Positions 9,345-19,575 of a stretch of DNA of 64,000 nucleotides are shown here, piece after piece. The notes beneath the pieces are model-generated. The model saw only the letters and a program-made list of their open reading frames with translations. It searched no databases and was not told where the DNA came from. Origin of the DNA: Alphaproteobacteria bacterium (GTDB lineage Bacteria > Pseudomonadota > Alphaproteobacteria > MPNO01); contig CBDFLJ010000002.1 of the NCBI GenBank assembly GCA_965248835.1, positions 2,496,001 to 2,560,000 on the forward strand. The letters run 5' to 3'. How positions within the stretch are numbered: position 1 is the stretch's first letter; every line of letters starts with the position of its first letter. A program made the translations under genes and the position numbers.

Positions 9345-11008
9345 GTCAATTCCCCCTGCTCGCTGTCGGTACCGCTGGCGCCCGGATTGCCTTCGTTCAG
9401 CGTGCGCACCTCGGTGTTCATCGCGACGTCGCCGCGCCGGCGCTGGGCGATGATCTTGCCGGTCTCCCAGTACTCGCTCCTCACCGCGCGGCGCGCCATG
9501 ACCTCCAGGTCCTGGTTCCACTCGCCCAGATCATAGCCGAACCAGGGCCGCTCGGGCGTGAGTTTCGGCAGGCCGAGCTCGTTCCAGATCTCGGCGGCGG
9601 CCTCCATGTACTGGCGCTTGGGCAGCGAGACCGGCGGGAAGGTTTCCTTGAGCGTGGCGTCGACGAGGACCGCGCCGTCCTCGCTGTCGATCAGGCTGCG
9701 CGGGCCGTGGCCCTCGTCCTTGTGCCTGAGGATCTCGACATCGCGGTGGGGCTTGCAGCGGTAGGACATCGCCCAGAACACGGCATCGGTGTTGTCGGGA
9801 TCGATGTCTTCGTTGATCGCGATGATCCATTTGCCCTCCGCCCGGCGCAGCGAGGCGACGCCGTAGAGCGCGCGCCAGATCTCGGTGCGCGGCACGTCGC
9901 GGGCGAGCTGGATGACGATCAGCTTGTGAAGCGATGTCAGCGGCTCGTGGGTGGCGACGTGGACGACGCCCTTGATCCCCAGATGGTCGCGCAGGTGCTC
10001 GAGCTGGGCGGCCTCGTAGGCCGGCCGCTTGATGGCGCTGGATTCCGAGGGCGTGACCTGGCTGACCCACGACGTGATGACGGCCTCGGTTCTCCGCGTG
10101 ATCGCGGTGACGTCGACATAGCCGTTATATTCCTGGAGGTTGACGTGGCCGTGGCTCTCGCCGAACGGCGCCTCGGGCTCGAGGAGCTCGGTCGAGACAT
10201 AGCCTTCGATCACGACCTCGGCCTCGGCCGGCACCAGCAGCGGCACCGTCTTGGCCGCCACGACGTTCAGCGGCTTGCCGACAAGCCCGCCGGAGACCGC
10301 AAGCTCGTCGAGCTTCTCGGGCATCTTCTGGACCGCGGTGAACGAGACGATGGGCGGGCAGCCGAGCACGATTGCCACCGGCATCGGCGCGCCGCGCTTC
10401 TTCCACGCCTCCCAATGGATATAGCCGCCCGTGCGAAGCTCGATCGAGGTGTTCATGCCGATGCGGTTGGGCGCCTTCAGCATGCCGCGGTAGTTGCCCA
10501 TGTTCTGGACCCCGGTCTCGGGGTCCTTGGTGATGAAGTGCGAGGAGGTTGTGTAGGGCGCGTTGTCCCAGCCCGGCGTGGAGATCGGCACCGGCAGCGC
10601 ATCCAGCCCGTTGCCGTTCAGCAGGGAAGCGCCCTCGTGCACGATCTGCTGACAGGGCGCCTCGGCGACCACGTTGGGCGCGATCGGGTTGTTGAGCGCG
10701 CGGATCCAGTTCTCCTTGATCTCCTCCAGCGGCACGCCCATGCCGAGCTGGTAGACCGCCGCGTTGGCGGCAAGGCCGCAGACCAGCACCGGAATGTCGA
10801 AGTCGCGGCCTTTGGAATCGGTGACGTTGGTGAACAGGAACGCCTTGCGGTCCTCGGCCGGGATGCCGCCGCGGAACTGCCAGCGGACCAGCGGGTGCAT
10901 CTCGGTGTCCTTGTTGATCCGCCGGTCGACCTCGATGAGAAGGCCCGCCTCGCGCAGGGCAGCGATGTGTTCGTGCAGGTCTCGGTAGCCCCGCTCGGGC
11001 ATCGACAT
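9314..11008 (-). CDS. UbiD-family decarboxylase, paralog A
   Basis: NMGNYR, EAEVVIEG, EAPFGES, DATLK; first gene of the operon. Confidence 0.9.
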   Translation of the reverse strand: MSMPERGYRDLHEHIAALREAGLLIEVDRRINKDTEMHPLVRWQFRGGIPAEDRKAFLFTNVTDSKGRDFDIPVLVCGLAANAAVYQLGMGVPLEEIKENWIRALNNPIAPNVVAEAPCQQIVHEGASLLNGNGLDALPVPISTPGWDNAPYTTSSHFITKDPETGVQNMGNYRGMLKAPNRIGMNTSIELRTGGYIHWEAWKKRGAPMPVAIVLGCPPIVSFTAVQKMPEKLDELAVSGGLVGKPLNVVAAKTVPLLVPAEAEVVIEGYVSTELLEPEAPFGESHGHVNLQEYNGYVDVTAITRRTEAVITSWVSQVTPSESSAIKRPAYEAAQLEHLRDHLGIKGVVHVATHEPLTSLHKLIVIQLARDVPRTEIWRALYGVASLRRAEGKWIIAINEDIDPDNTDAVFWAMSYRCKPHRDVEILRHKDEGHGPRSLIDSEDGAVLVDATLKETFPPVSLPKRQYMEAAAEIWNELGLPKLTPERPWFGYDLGEWNQDLEVMARRAVRSEYWETGKIIAQRRRGDVAMNTEVRTLNEGNPGASGTDSEQGELTWDGLTDALR

Positions 11009-11277
11009 TCCGTCAAGCTCCTTTCCCGCCCATGCCGTATCTCCGGGCGCACAACGGTTCGATTTCGAAGGATCGGCAATCTAAGGCCCGCCTCCGACCC
11101 CCGCAACCGGGGCGGTCTGGAGCGGCCGGAGAATCGCTTTCGGATTCCGGTTCTCTCGGGCCGGTCGGCGCGTTCACGCTCCGGCGATCTGCGAAGCGGG
11201 TCGATTCAGGACGTTGCCGGCGCCGCCCCCCGGCGCAGCCGGTACCCGTTGAGCGCGAAGCCGGCCAGGACATGACA

Positions 11278-11306
11278 TTGATTCGCCGCGGCTGCGGTGC
11301 TATTAT
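11278..11306 (+). promoter_or_regulatory. Sigma70-like promoter for the betaine operon
   Basis: TTGATT-N17-TATTAT in an otherwise GC-rich intergenic region. Confidence 0.55.
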
Positions 11307-11566
11307 CAACCCACTGAAGGGATGGACCCCGTCAAGTAGGGCAAGGTCTCAACCTCGCCCGGCGGAGCCCAGGCAGACTGGCCGGCGTGTCCTGAAGGGA
11401 TACGAGCAGTTCCTCGCGCACCCGGCCGATCGTGCGGCAAGAATCGGGCGCAAACCTCCGGATATCGATCTCTCCGCAACCTGTGCCTGATCGAAGCAAC
11501 AACTGATAAAGGACGACAAATCCGCAGCGATATCAATCGCAAGGAATTGTCGCTGACGGGAGGCAA

Positions 11567-12365
<799 letters not shown>

Positions 12366-12376
<11 letters not shown>

Positions 12377-13202
12377 GACCGAGGCGGTCGAACGCGCGGA
12401 AGCCTACTACGACAGCAGCCAAGCCGACGCGTTCTATCAGACCTTCTGGGGCGGCGAGGACATCCATATCGGGCTTTACGCGAGCGATGCGGAGCCCATT
12501 GCCGCGGCGAGCCGCCGGACGGTCGAGACCATGGCCGCACGGCTCGCCAAGGCCGACAAGACGACGCGCATCCTCGATCTCGGCGCCGGCTACGGCGGCT
12601 CGGCGCGCTACCTCGCCGGGACGTTCGGCTGCCGGGTGACCTGCCTCAACCTCAGCGAGACCCAGAACGCGCTCAACCGGAAGCTTACCGAGGAAGCCGG
12701 GCTTTCCGACCGCATCCGGGTCGTGCACGGCGATTTCGAGAACCTGCCCGAGCCCGACGGCAGCTACGAAATCGTCTGGTCGCAGGACGCCATTCTGCAC
12801 AGCGGCGACCGACCCCGCGTGCTCGACGAGGTCCGCCGCACCCTGGTCGATGACGGTCAGTTCGTCTTCACCGACCCGATGCAGTCCGACGACTGCCCGG
12901 ACGGTGTGCTGCAGCCAATCCTCGACCGGATCCAGCTCGCGACGCTGGGCTCGTTCGCGTTCTACCGCGCCGAACTCGCCCGGCGCGGCTTTCGTGAAGC
13001 CGCTGTCGAGCCCATGACGGACCAGCTCCGGACCCACTATTGGCGGGTTCGAAAGGAGCTGACAGACCGTTACGACGAAGCCGTGTCGGGGTCCGGGCAG
13101 ACCTATGTCGACACCATGATCAACGGGTTGCAGCATTGGGTCGACGGCGCCGACCGCGGCTACCTCGCCTGGGGCATCATGGACTTCCGAGCACCGGGCT
13201 AG
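12366..13202 (+). CDS. sdmt: Sarcosine/dimethylglycine N-methyltransferase
   Basis: YYDS..AD.FY..FWGGEDIHIG, LDLGAGYGG, WSQDAILH, FTDPM; overlaps gsmt. Confidence 0.88.
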
Positions 13203-13234
13203 CGCAGTCCGCGCCGGGGCAAGGGGCTTGAACG

Positions 13235-14815
13235 ATGCCTCAGCAATATCGAACCGAATACCGGATCGGCCAGGACAATGTGCGCCGGTGGGGGATGGAC
13301 ATCCACCACCCGGTGTTCTGGGTCGCGGCCGCCCTGATCTTGGTGTTCGTCGTGGGCGCCCTGACCGCGCCCGGACCGGCCAGGCAGATCTTCGACGGCG
13401 CCAAGGGCTGGTCGATCGCCAATTTCGATTGGCTGTTCATGCTGGGAGGCAACGTCTTCGTCCTGTTCTGCCTGGTGCTGGTCTTCCTGCCGAGCGGCAG
13501 GATCCGTATCGGCGGCGCCGATGCGAAGCCGGAGTTCTCGACCCTGTCCTGGTTCGCGATGCTGTTCGCGGCCGGCATGGGCATCGGGCTGATGTTCTGG
13601 AGCGTGGCTGAGCCGACGGCCTATTACACCGACTGGTACGGCACCCCGCTCAATGCCGCGGCCAAGACGCCGGCCGGCGCCGATGCGGCGCTCGGCGCGA
13701 CGATGTTCCACTGGGGCCTCCATCCCTGGGCGATCTATGCCGTGGTCGGGCTGTCGCTGGCCTTCTTCAGCTTCAACAAAGGGCTTCCGCTGACCATCCG
13801 GTCGGGGTTCTTCCCGCTGCTAAAGGACCGCTCGTGGGGCTGGTTCGGCCACGCGATCGACATCATCGCGGTGCTTGCGACCATCTTCGGGCTCGCGACC
13901 TCGCTCGGATTCGGCGCGCAGCAGGCGGCCAGCGGACTCAAGTTCCTGTTCGGGATCGACAGCGGGATCGAAACCCAGGTCGTCATCATCGTCGGGGTGA
14001 CGGCGGTGGCCGTCATCTCCGTCGTCCGCGGGCTCGAGGGCGGCGTGAAGGTGCTGAGCAACATCAACATGAGCCTGGCCGCGATCCTGTTGCTGTTCGT
14101 GCTCATCGCCGGTCCCTCGCTCGCCATCGCGGGCGCCCTGGGCGCGGCGGCGTCGAGCTATGTCGAGAACATCATCCCGCTCAGCAACTGGATCGGCCGC
14201 GAGGACGACAAGTTCTTCCACGGCTGGACGGTCTTCTATTGGGCCTGGTGGATTTCCTGGTCGCCCTTCGTCGGCATGTTCATCGCCCGCATTTCCAAGG
14301 GCCGCACGGTGCGCGAGTTCATCGTCGCGGTCCTTCTGGTGCCGACCCTGGTGACGCTGGTCTGGATGGCGGCCTTCGGCGGCTCGGCGCTGGACCAGGT
14401 GCAAAACCAGGTCGGCGCGCTGGCCGGCGGCATCGGCGAGGTCTCGCTGGCGATGTTTCAGATGCTGGAAAACCTGCCGATCGCCGGGGTCTCCTCCTTT
14501 ATCGCGATCGTGCTGGTGCTGATCTTTTTCATCACCTCCTCGGACTCCGGCTCGCTGGTGATCGACAGCATCACCGCGGGCGGCAAGCTCGATGCCCCGG
14601 TGCCGCAACGGATCTTCTGGGCGACCATGGAAGGCCTCATTGCGGCCGTGCTCCTGATCGGCGGCGGCGGGGATGCGCTGGGTGCCCTGCAGGCTGCCGC
14701 CATCACCGTCGGCCTGCCGTTCACACTGGTCCTGCTTGCCCTGTGCGTCGGCCTCTGGATGGGCCTTGCCCACGAATGGCGTTTCGTACAGGGGCCGAAG
14801 GCGCCGCGCGCATAG
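13235..14815 (+). CDS. BCCT-family betaine/choline/carnitine transporter
   Basis: SWFAMLFAAGMGIG, FHWGLHPW, WTVFYWAWWISWSPFVGMFIARIS.GRT, TSSDSGS. Confidence 0.95.
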   Translation: MPQQYRTEYRIGQDNVRRWGMDIHHPVFWVAAALILVFVVGALTAPGPARQIFDGAKGWSIANFDWLFMLGGNVFVLFCLVLVFLPSGRIRIGGADAKPEFSTLSWFAMLFAAGMGIGLMFWSVAEPTAYYTDWYGTPLNAAAKTPAGADAALGATMFHWGLHPWAIYAVVGLSLAFFSFNKGLPLTIRSGFFPLLKDRSWGWFGHAIDIIAVLATIFGLATSLGFGAQQAASGLKFLFGIDSGIETQVVIIVGVTAVAVISVVRGLEGGVKVLSNINMSLAAILLLFVLIAGPSLAIAGALGAAASSYVENIIPLSNWIGREDDKFFHGWTVFYWAWWISWSPFVGMFIARISKGRTVREFIVAVLLVPTLVTLVWMAAFGGSALDQVQNQVGALAGGIGEVSLAMFQMLENLPIAGVSSFIAIVLVLIFFITSSDSGSLVIDSITAGGKLDAPVPQRIFWATMEGLIAAVLLIGGGGDALGALQAAAITVGLPFTLVLLALCVGLWMGLAHEWRFVQGPKAPRA

Positions 14816-14914
14816 CAAACCCTGCCCCATCGGCGGCTTTGCACCGACCGGCCGGCCGCCCTAAGCTGACCGACAACGCGGGCCTTCGGGCCGGCGACGC
14901 ACAGGGAGAATTCG

Positions 14915-15937
14915 ATGACTGCAAGACGTCTAACCACATTCCTGGCCGCGGCAGCGATGCTCTGTCTCGGCATCGCCGCCGCACCGGCCGGTGCCGATGT
15001 CGCCGGCTTCTACCGCGGCAAGACCGTGACCATCGTGGTGCCGGCCGGGCTCGGCGCCTCGCTCGGCCTCTATGGCCGGCTGCTGGCCGAGCACTGGCAG
15101 AACCACATTCCCGGCAACCCCAACGTGATCCTGCAGTCGCGGCCGGGCGGCGGGGGCACGAAGGGGGCAGCCTATATCTACAACGCCGCGCCCAAGGACG
15201 GCACGTGGGTTGCCGAGATCCTGGCGCCGTCGGTGCTGGCGCCGAGCCTGCGCAACGTCAAGTTCGATACCTTGAAGTTCCAGTGGCTCGGCTCGATCAC
15301 CCAGCGCCCGTCGGTCGTTTCCGTCTGGCACACCGCGCCGGCGACCACGCTGGAGGATGCCAAGAAAAAGGTGGTCGTCATGGGCTCGACCGGGCTGGGC
15401 TCGGAGACCTACCTGATGCCCAAGCTGATGAACCATTTGCTGGGCACCAGGTTCAAGATCGTCAAGGGCTACAAGGGCGGCGCTGCGATCAACAAGGCGA
15501 TGGCCCAAGGGGAGGTCCAGGGCCGGATGAACTACTGGACCGGCTGGACGACGGTCAAGGGCGACTGGCTGCGCGCCGGCAAGCTGGCCCACCTGGTCCA
15601 GTACGGCCCGCGTATCCCCGAGCTCAAGGACGTTCCGAGCATGATCGATCTGGTCTCGTCCGAAGAGGGCAAGAAGATGGTCCGCTTCATCGAGGTCAGC
15701 GAGCTGATCGGCATGGGCTTCTGGGTCGCGCCGGCGGTGCCGAAGGACCGCGTGGAAGCGCTGCGGGCCTCCTTCATGGCGACCATGAAGGACCCGGCGT
15801 TCCTCGCCGATGCCAAGAAGCGCCGCGCGCCGGTCGCGCCGATCGCGGGCGCCGAACTCGACCGCATCGTCGCCGCGGGGCTCGACGTATCGCCCGAGCT
15901 CGTCAAGAAAATGAAGGCAGTCTACGGCTTCAAGTAG
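14915..15937 (+). CDS. tctC: Tripartite tricarboxylate transporter (Bug/TctC) substrate-binding protein
   Basis: Signal peptide, FYRGKTVTIVV, IPGNP, PGGGG, PKDG, GYKGG..A...GEV. Confidence 0.85.
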   Translation: MTARRLTTFLAAAAMLCLGIAAAPAGADVAGFYRGKTVTIVVPAGLGASLGLYGRLLAEHWQNHIPGNPNVILQSRPGGGGTKGAAYIYNAAPKDGTWVAEILAPSVLAPSLRNVKFDTLKFQWLGSITQRPSVVSVWHTAPATTLEDAKKKVVVMGSTGLGSETYLMPKLMNHLLGTRFKIVKGYKGGAAINKAMAQGEVQGRMNYWTGWTTVKGDWLRAGKLAHLVQYGPRIPELKDVPSMIDLVSSEEGKKMVRFIEVSELIGMGFWVAPAVPKDRVEALRASFMATMKDPAFLADAKKRRAPVAPIAGAELDRIVAAGLDVSPELVKKMKAVYGFK

Positions 15938-15956
15938 ACGTTCACGCTCGAACGCG

Positions 15957-15988
15957 AGGGGCGGGCCGCACACGGCCCGCCCCTTTTT
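15957..15988 (+). terminator. Rho-independent terminator
   Basis: AGGGGCGGGCCG-caca-CGGCCCGCCCCT perfect 12-bp stem followed by a T run, 20 nt after the tctC stop. Confidence 0.85.
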
Positions 15989-16036
15989 CATGCCCATCAC
16001 GCCGAGCGGTCGCCGAGGCCGGCATCGCAGAATCGA

Positions 16037-18157
16037 TCAGAACAGGTTGAACCACAGGCTGGAGCGCAGGGCGGGGAACATGTCGCCGACGACGGTCTGC
16101 GGCCAGGGGACGATCAGGATGCGGTGGAACAGGAAGTAGGAGAACAGCCACATCGGCACCGAGACGGCGAGCGTGGTCAGCCAGCCCTCCTTGCCCTCGA
16201 AGCGGATATAAAAGACCAGGAACAGGAACATCGCCGGCAGGATGCCGACTACCGCTGCGGCGCCAAAGAAGAACAGCAACCAGCCGAAATAGTTCGTCGC
16301 GCGGGTGAAGATCGTCCTGACCGAGAGGTCGCCGTAATCGGCCTGGATGTCGAAATGGACCTCCTCCCGTACGGCCTTGAAGGCATCGCCCGCCGAAGCG
16401 GTCTGCGCCTCCTCCGCGGTATGCGGGCCTGCGTCCCCGGCGCCGGCGCCGGCGGGCCGGATGAACATCCTCGACAGGATCAGCGAGGAGGTGAACAGCA
16501 CGCCGGCCCAACCGACGACTTGGGGGATCAGCTTCGCGCCGAACTCCCAGTGCCAGGAAATCGCAAGGCAGGCGATGAACATGCCAAGCACCATGAACGA
16601 GAAAGCCATGTCGGGATCGAGGCTCGATCGCTGGAAACCGGTGGCCGCGGCCTGCGATCGCTCGTTGGCCCGCGCGCGCACAATATAGCCGCGCACGATC
16701 GGGTTGAGGATGCCATAAAGCGTGATGATGAACACGACCGACACCACCGGAAACAGCAGCCAGTCCGCGCCGTAGCGCTCGACGGAGATGAACATGTAGC
16801 GCTCGACCAGCCCGCCCAGAACGAACCCGAGAATGACCGGCGGTCGCGGCCACTTGAACCGCTTCATCACCCAGCCGATGAAGCCGAATATGAGCAGCGC
16901 GTAGATGTCGCCCCATTGCCGCGATCCCTGGAAGGCGCCGACGAACGTGACCGCGAGCACCACCGGGGCGAGGATGCCGATCCGCACAAGGGCGATCTTG
17001 GCGAGCTGGTTTGCCACCAGAAAGCAGATCCCGGCGCCGAGCACGTTGGCCAGCGCGACCGACCAGACGAGCGTGTAGGTCACGTCGAGGTTCTTGGTCA
17101 GCATCTCCGGACCGGGGATCAGGCCGTGGATCAGAAACGCGCCCAGCAGCAGTGCCATCGACGCGCTGCCCGGGACGCCGAAGGCGATCGTGGGCACCAG
17201 CGCGCCGCCTTCCTTGGCGTTGTTGGAACTCTCCGATGCGATGACGCCGCGCACATCGCCCTTGCCGAAGGTCAGCGCGGCGTCCTTTTCCGTGCGCACC
17301 GCGTGGCCGTAGGCGATCCAGTCGATGACCGAGGCGCCGATTCCCGGCACCGCGCCCAGGCTGGAGCCGATGGTGGCGCAGCGCAGCAGCAGGAACTTGT
17401 TGCGCATCACGTCGCGCACGCCTTGGAGCTGGCTCATGCGCGAGCCGGCATCGGCGCCGCCGGAAATGGTCTGGCGGGTGATCGCCATATCGGCGAGCTC
17501 GGGGATGGCGAACAGGCCCAAGGCCAGCGGCACGACCGGCAGCCCGTCCCACAGGTAGAGCGAATCGAAGGTCCAGCGAAGGGTCCCGGTCTGCGGGTCA
17601 TCGCCGGCGGTTGCGACCATCAGCCCGATACAGGCCCCGGCGAGGCCCTTGAGCGGAGTGCCGCCGCTGAGCACCGCCACCAGCGAGAGCCCGAAGACGC
17701 AGAACGACAGAAGCTCGGGCGAGCCGATATGCAGCATCACCGGACGCAGGATCGGCACCGAGATCGCCAGCAGAAAGGCTCCGAAGAGCCCGCCCAGGAC
17801 CGATGCGGTGAACGCGGCGCCGAACGCACGCCCCGCCTCGCCCTTCCGGGCCATCGGGAATCCGTCGAGGATCGTCGCCGCCGAGCCGACCGTCCCAGGC
17901 ACCCCGAACAGGACCGCCGGGATCGTGTCCGAAGTGACCACGACCGCCTGCAGCCCCATCATCAGGGCAAGCGCGCTGTAGGGGTCCAGATTGAAGGTGA
18001 ACGGCAGCAGCAGCGAGAGGCCGACCAGCCCGCCGAGTCCGGGGATGACCCCCAGCACCAGGCCGATGACGACGCCGGTTGCGAGAAAGCCGAGGCGCTC
18101 CCACTCGGTGATGATCGACGCGGCCTTGATGGCCATGCCGAGCATGTCGGCTTCCAT
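16037..18157 (-). CDS. tctA: TctA permease fused to a C-terminal TctB-like domain
   Basis: GVIPGLGG, GVPG, DGFPMARKG, SESSNNA.EGGALVP, GVPGS; ~200 extra residues with TctB-like TM pattern (LFHRILIVPWP). Confidence 0.85.
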   Translation of the reverse strand: MEADMLGMAIKAASIITEWERLGFLATGVVIGLVLGVIPGLGGLVGLSLLLPFTFNLDPYSALALMMGLQAVVVTSDTIPAVLFGVPGTVGSAATILDGFPMARKGEAGRAFGAAFTASVLGGLFGAFLLAISVPILRPVMLHIGSPELLSFCVFGLSLVAVLSGGTPLKGLAGACIGLMVATAGDDPQTGTLRWTFDSLYLWDGLPVVPLALGLFAIPELADMAITRQTISGGADAGSRMSQLQGVRDVMRNKFLLLRCATIGSSLGAVPGIGASVIDWIAYGHAVRTEKDAALTFGKGDVRGVIASESSNNAKEGGALVPTIAFGVPGSASMALLLGAFLIHGLIPGPEMLTKNLDVTYTLVWSVALANVLGAGICFLVANQLAKIALVRIGILAPVVLAVTFVGAFQGSRQWGDIYALLIFGFIGWVMKRFKWPRPPVILGFVLGGLVERYMFISVERYGADWLLFPVVSVVFIITLYGILNPIVRGYIVRARANERSQAAATGFQRSSLDPDMAFSFMVLGMFIACLAISWHWEFGAKLIPQVVGWAGVLFTSSLILSRMFIRPAGAGAGDAGPHTAEEAQTASAGDAFKAVREEVHFDIQADYGDLSVRTIFTRATNYFGWLLFFFGAAAVVGILPAMFLFLVFYIRFEGKEGWLTTLAVSVPMWLFSYFLFHRILIVPWPQTVVGDMFPALRSSLWFNLF

Positions 18158-18297
18158 CAGCCTTCCCTGTTCTCGTTCGTTTTACGCCGGCCGTTGTGAG
18201 CCCGTCCGAGCAGGCGAAGGGACACTAGGCGTGCCCGACCTGTCAAGCTTTCGCCACCGCGCGGCGGTCACGTATCGGGCTTGCCCGGTATCAACGG

Positions 18298-19533
18298 TTA
18301 CTCGGCGGCCATCGCCGCGGGGAAGCGCTCGGAGATGTCGAGCTTGAAGAGCTTTTGCGCGTTCTCGCCCAGGATCTTGCGCTTGGCCTTCTCATCGAGG
18401 AACGGCAGATCCCAGATCACGCTGGGCAGGTCCATGTCCCAGTGCGGATAATCGGTGGCATATAGAAGCGAGTTCTCGGCATCCATCGCCTTGAAGGTCG
18501 CCTCGAGCAGCCAGTCCTCGTTGGGGCGCTCCATCGGCTGGGTCGTGTAATGCATCTCCTTCATGTACTCGCTCGGCAGCCGCTTGAGCGAGGGGCATTC
18601 GGAACTGCGCATACGGTATTCGTTGTCGAGCCGCATCATCAGCCACGGCACCCAGGCGATGCCCGATTCGATCCAGATCGGCTTGAGGTTCGGGAACCGC
18701 TCGGGCAGGCCGTTGACCACCCAGTTGGTGCAGTGCACCACGTTGTACCAGGTGAAGCCGAGCGCATGCACGGCGATAAACCGGTTCGAGGTCCGGAACA
18801 TCGGATCGTCCCAGTTGAAGCCGCTGTGGAAGGCGATCGGCAGACCGCGCTCCTCGATCGCTCGGTAGATCTTCATGTAGTCGTTGTCGTGGACCGACTT
18901 GTGGCGGACCGAGGTCACCATGAAGCCGAGCACGTTGGGGTTGTCGGCGAACTCCTCGACCATCCGAAAGGCCGCGTTGTGGTCATTGAACGGCAGGTAC
19001 AGCATCGATTTGATGCGCGAGGAGCCGGGCAGCACGCGATCGACCAGCCAGCGGTTGTAGGCCCGCGCGAGCTGGGTCTCGACTTCCGGCTGGGGGTGCA
19101 TCGCCAAGCCCAGCATCGGGGTCGGGAACATGCAGGTGTAGTCGACCCCCATCGCATCCATCCATTTGTGGCCCAGGTGGATGTCGCGGTGGACACCGTC
19201 GGCCGGGGTCTGCTCCAGGCGGCGCAGCGGATAGCGGGTCACCCGCCCGCCCACGTCCTGGTAACCGACACGGCCCAGCGCGAGCATGCCGCCGCCGCGC
19301 TGGCCAACCTGGCTCGACGAGTTGGCGAGCTGGCGGAGCACCGGATCGTCCATGTACTCCAGGATCTCGCCCATCGATTCGCTCTCGTAGTGGTGCGAAT
19401 CGACATCGATGATCAGCACGTCGTTGAGCTTGCGCCGGTCGCGCTGCCTTGCGGCGTTCGCCAACACCTTGTCGGTGTCGAACGAATCCACGCTCATCCG
19501 GAAATACTGCTCGTTGCCGGTCGGGAGATCCAT
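18298..19533 (-). CDS. Amidohydrolase_2 family protein (decarboxylase/hydratase-like)
   Basis: IDVDSH, RAYNRW, AFHSG, ERFPNL..ESG..W, ATDYPHWD. Confidence 0.88.
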   Translation of the reverse strand: MDLPTGNEQYFRMSVDSFDTDKVLANAARQRDRRKLNDVLIIDVDSHHYESESMGEILEYMDDPVLRQLANSSSQVGQRGGGMLALGRVGYQDVGGRVTRYPLRRLEQTPADGVHRDIHLGHKWMDAMGVDYTCMFPTPMLGLAMHPQPEVETQLARAYNRWLVDRVLPGSSRIKSMLYLPFNDHNAAFRMVEEFADNPNVLGFMVTSVRHKSVHDNDYMKIYRAIEERGLPIAFHSGFNWDDPMFRTSNRFIAVHALGFTWYNVVHCTNWVVNGLPERFPNLKPIWIESGIAWVPWLMMRLDNEYRMRSSECPSLKRLPSEYMKEMHYTTQPMERPNEDWLLEATFKAMDAENSLLYATDYPHWDMDLPSVIWDLPFLDEKAKRKILGENAQKLFKLDISERFPAAMAAE

Positions 19534-19575
19534 CTCACGTCCCCTTGCTGGATCGTGGGCCTGTGCCGGAGCCGA

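Noticed and set aside
5313-11008. Ubiquinone-biosynthesis ubiD, or an assembly duplication
   Set aside because: No ubi context, and the copies are clearly diverged over most of their length
11301-11402. Canonical SAM-I or glycine riboswitch call
   Set aside because: Core consensus elements are missing; kept only as an unknown leader
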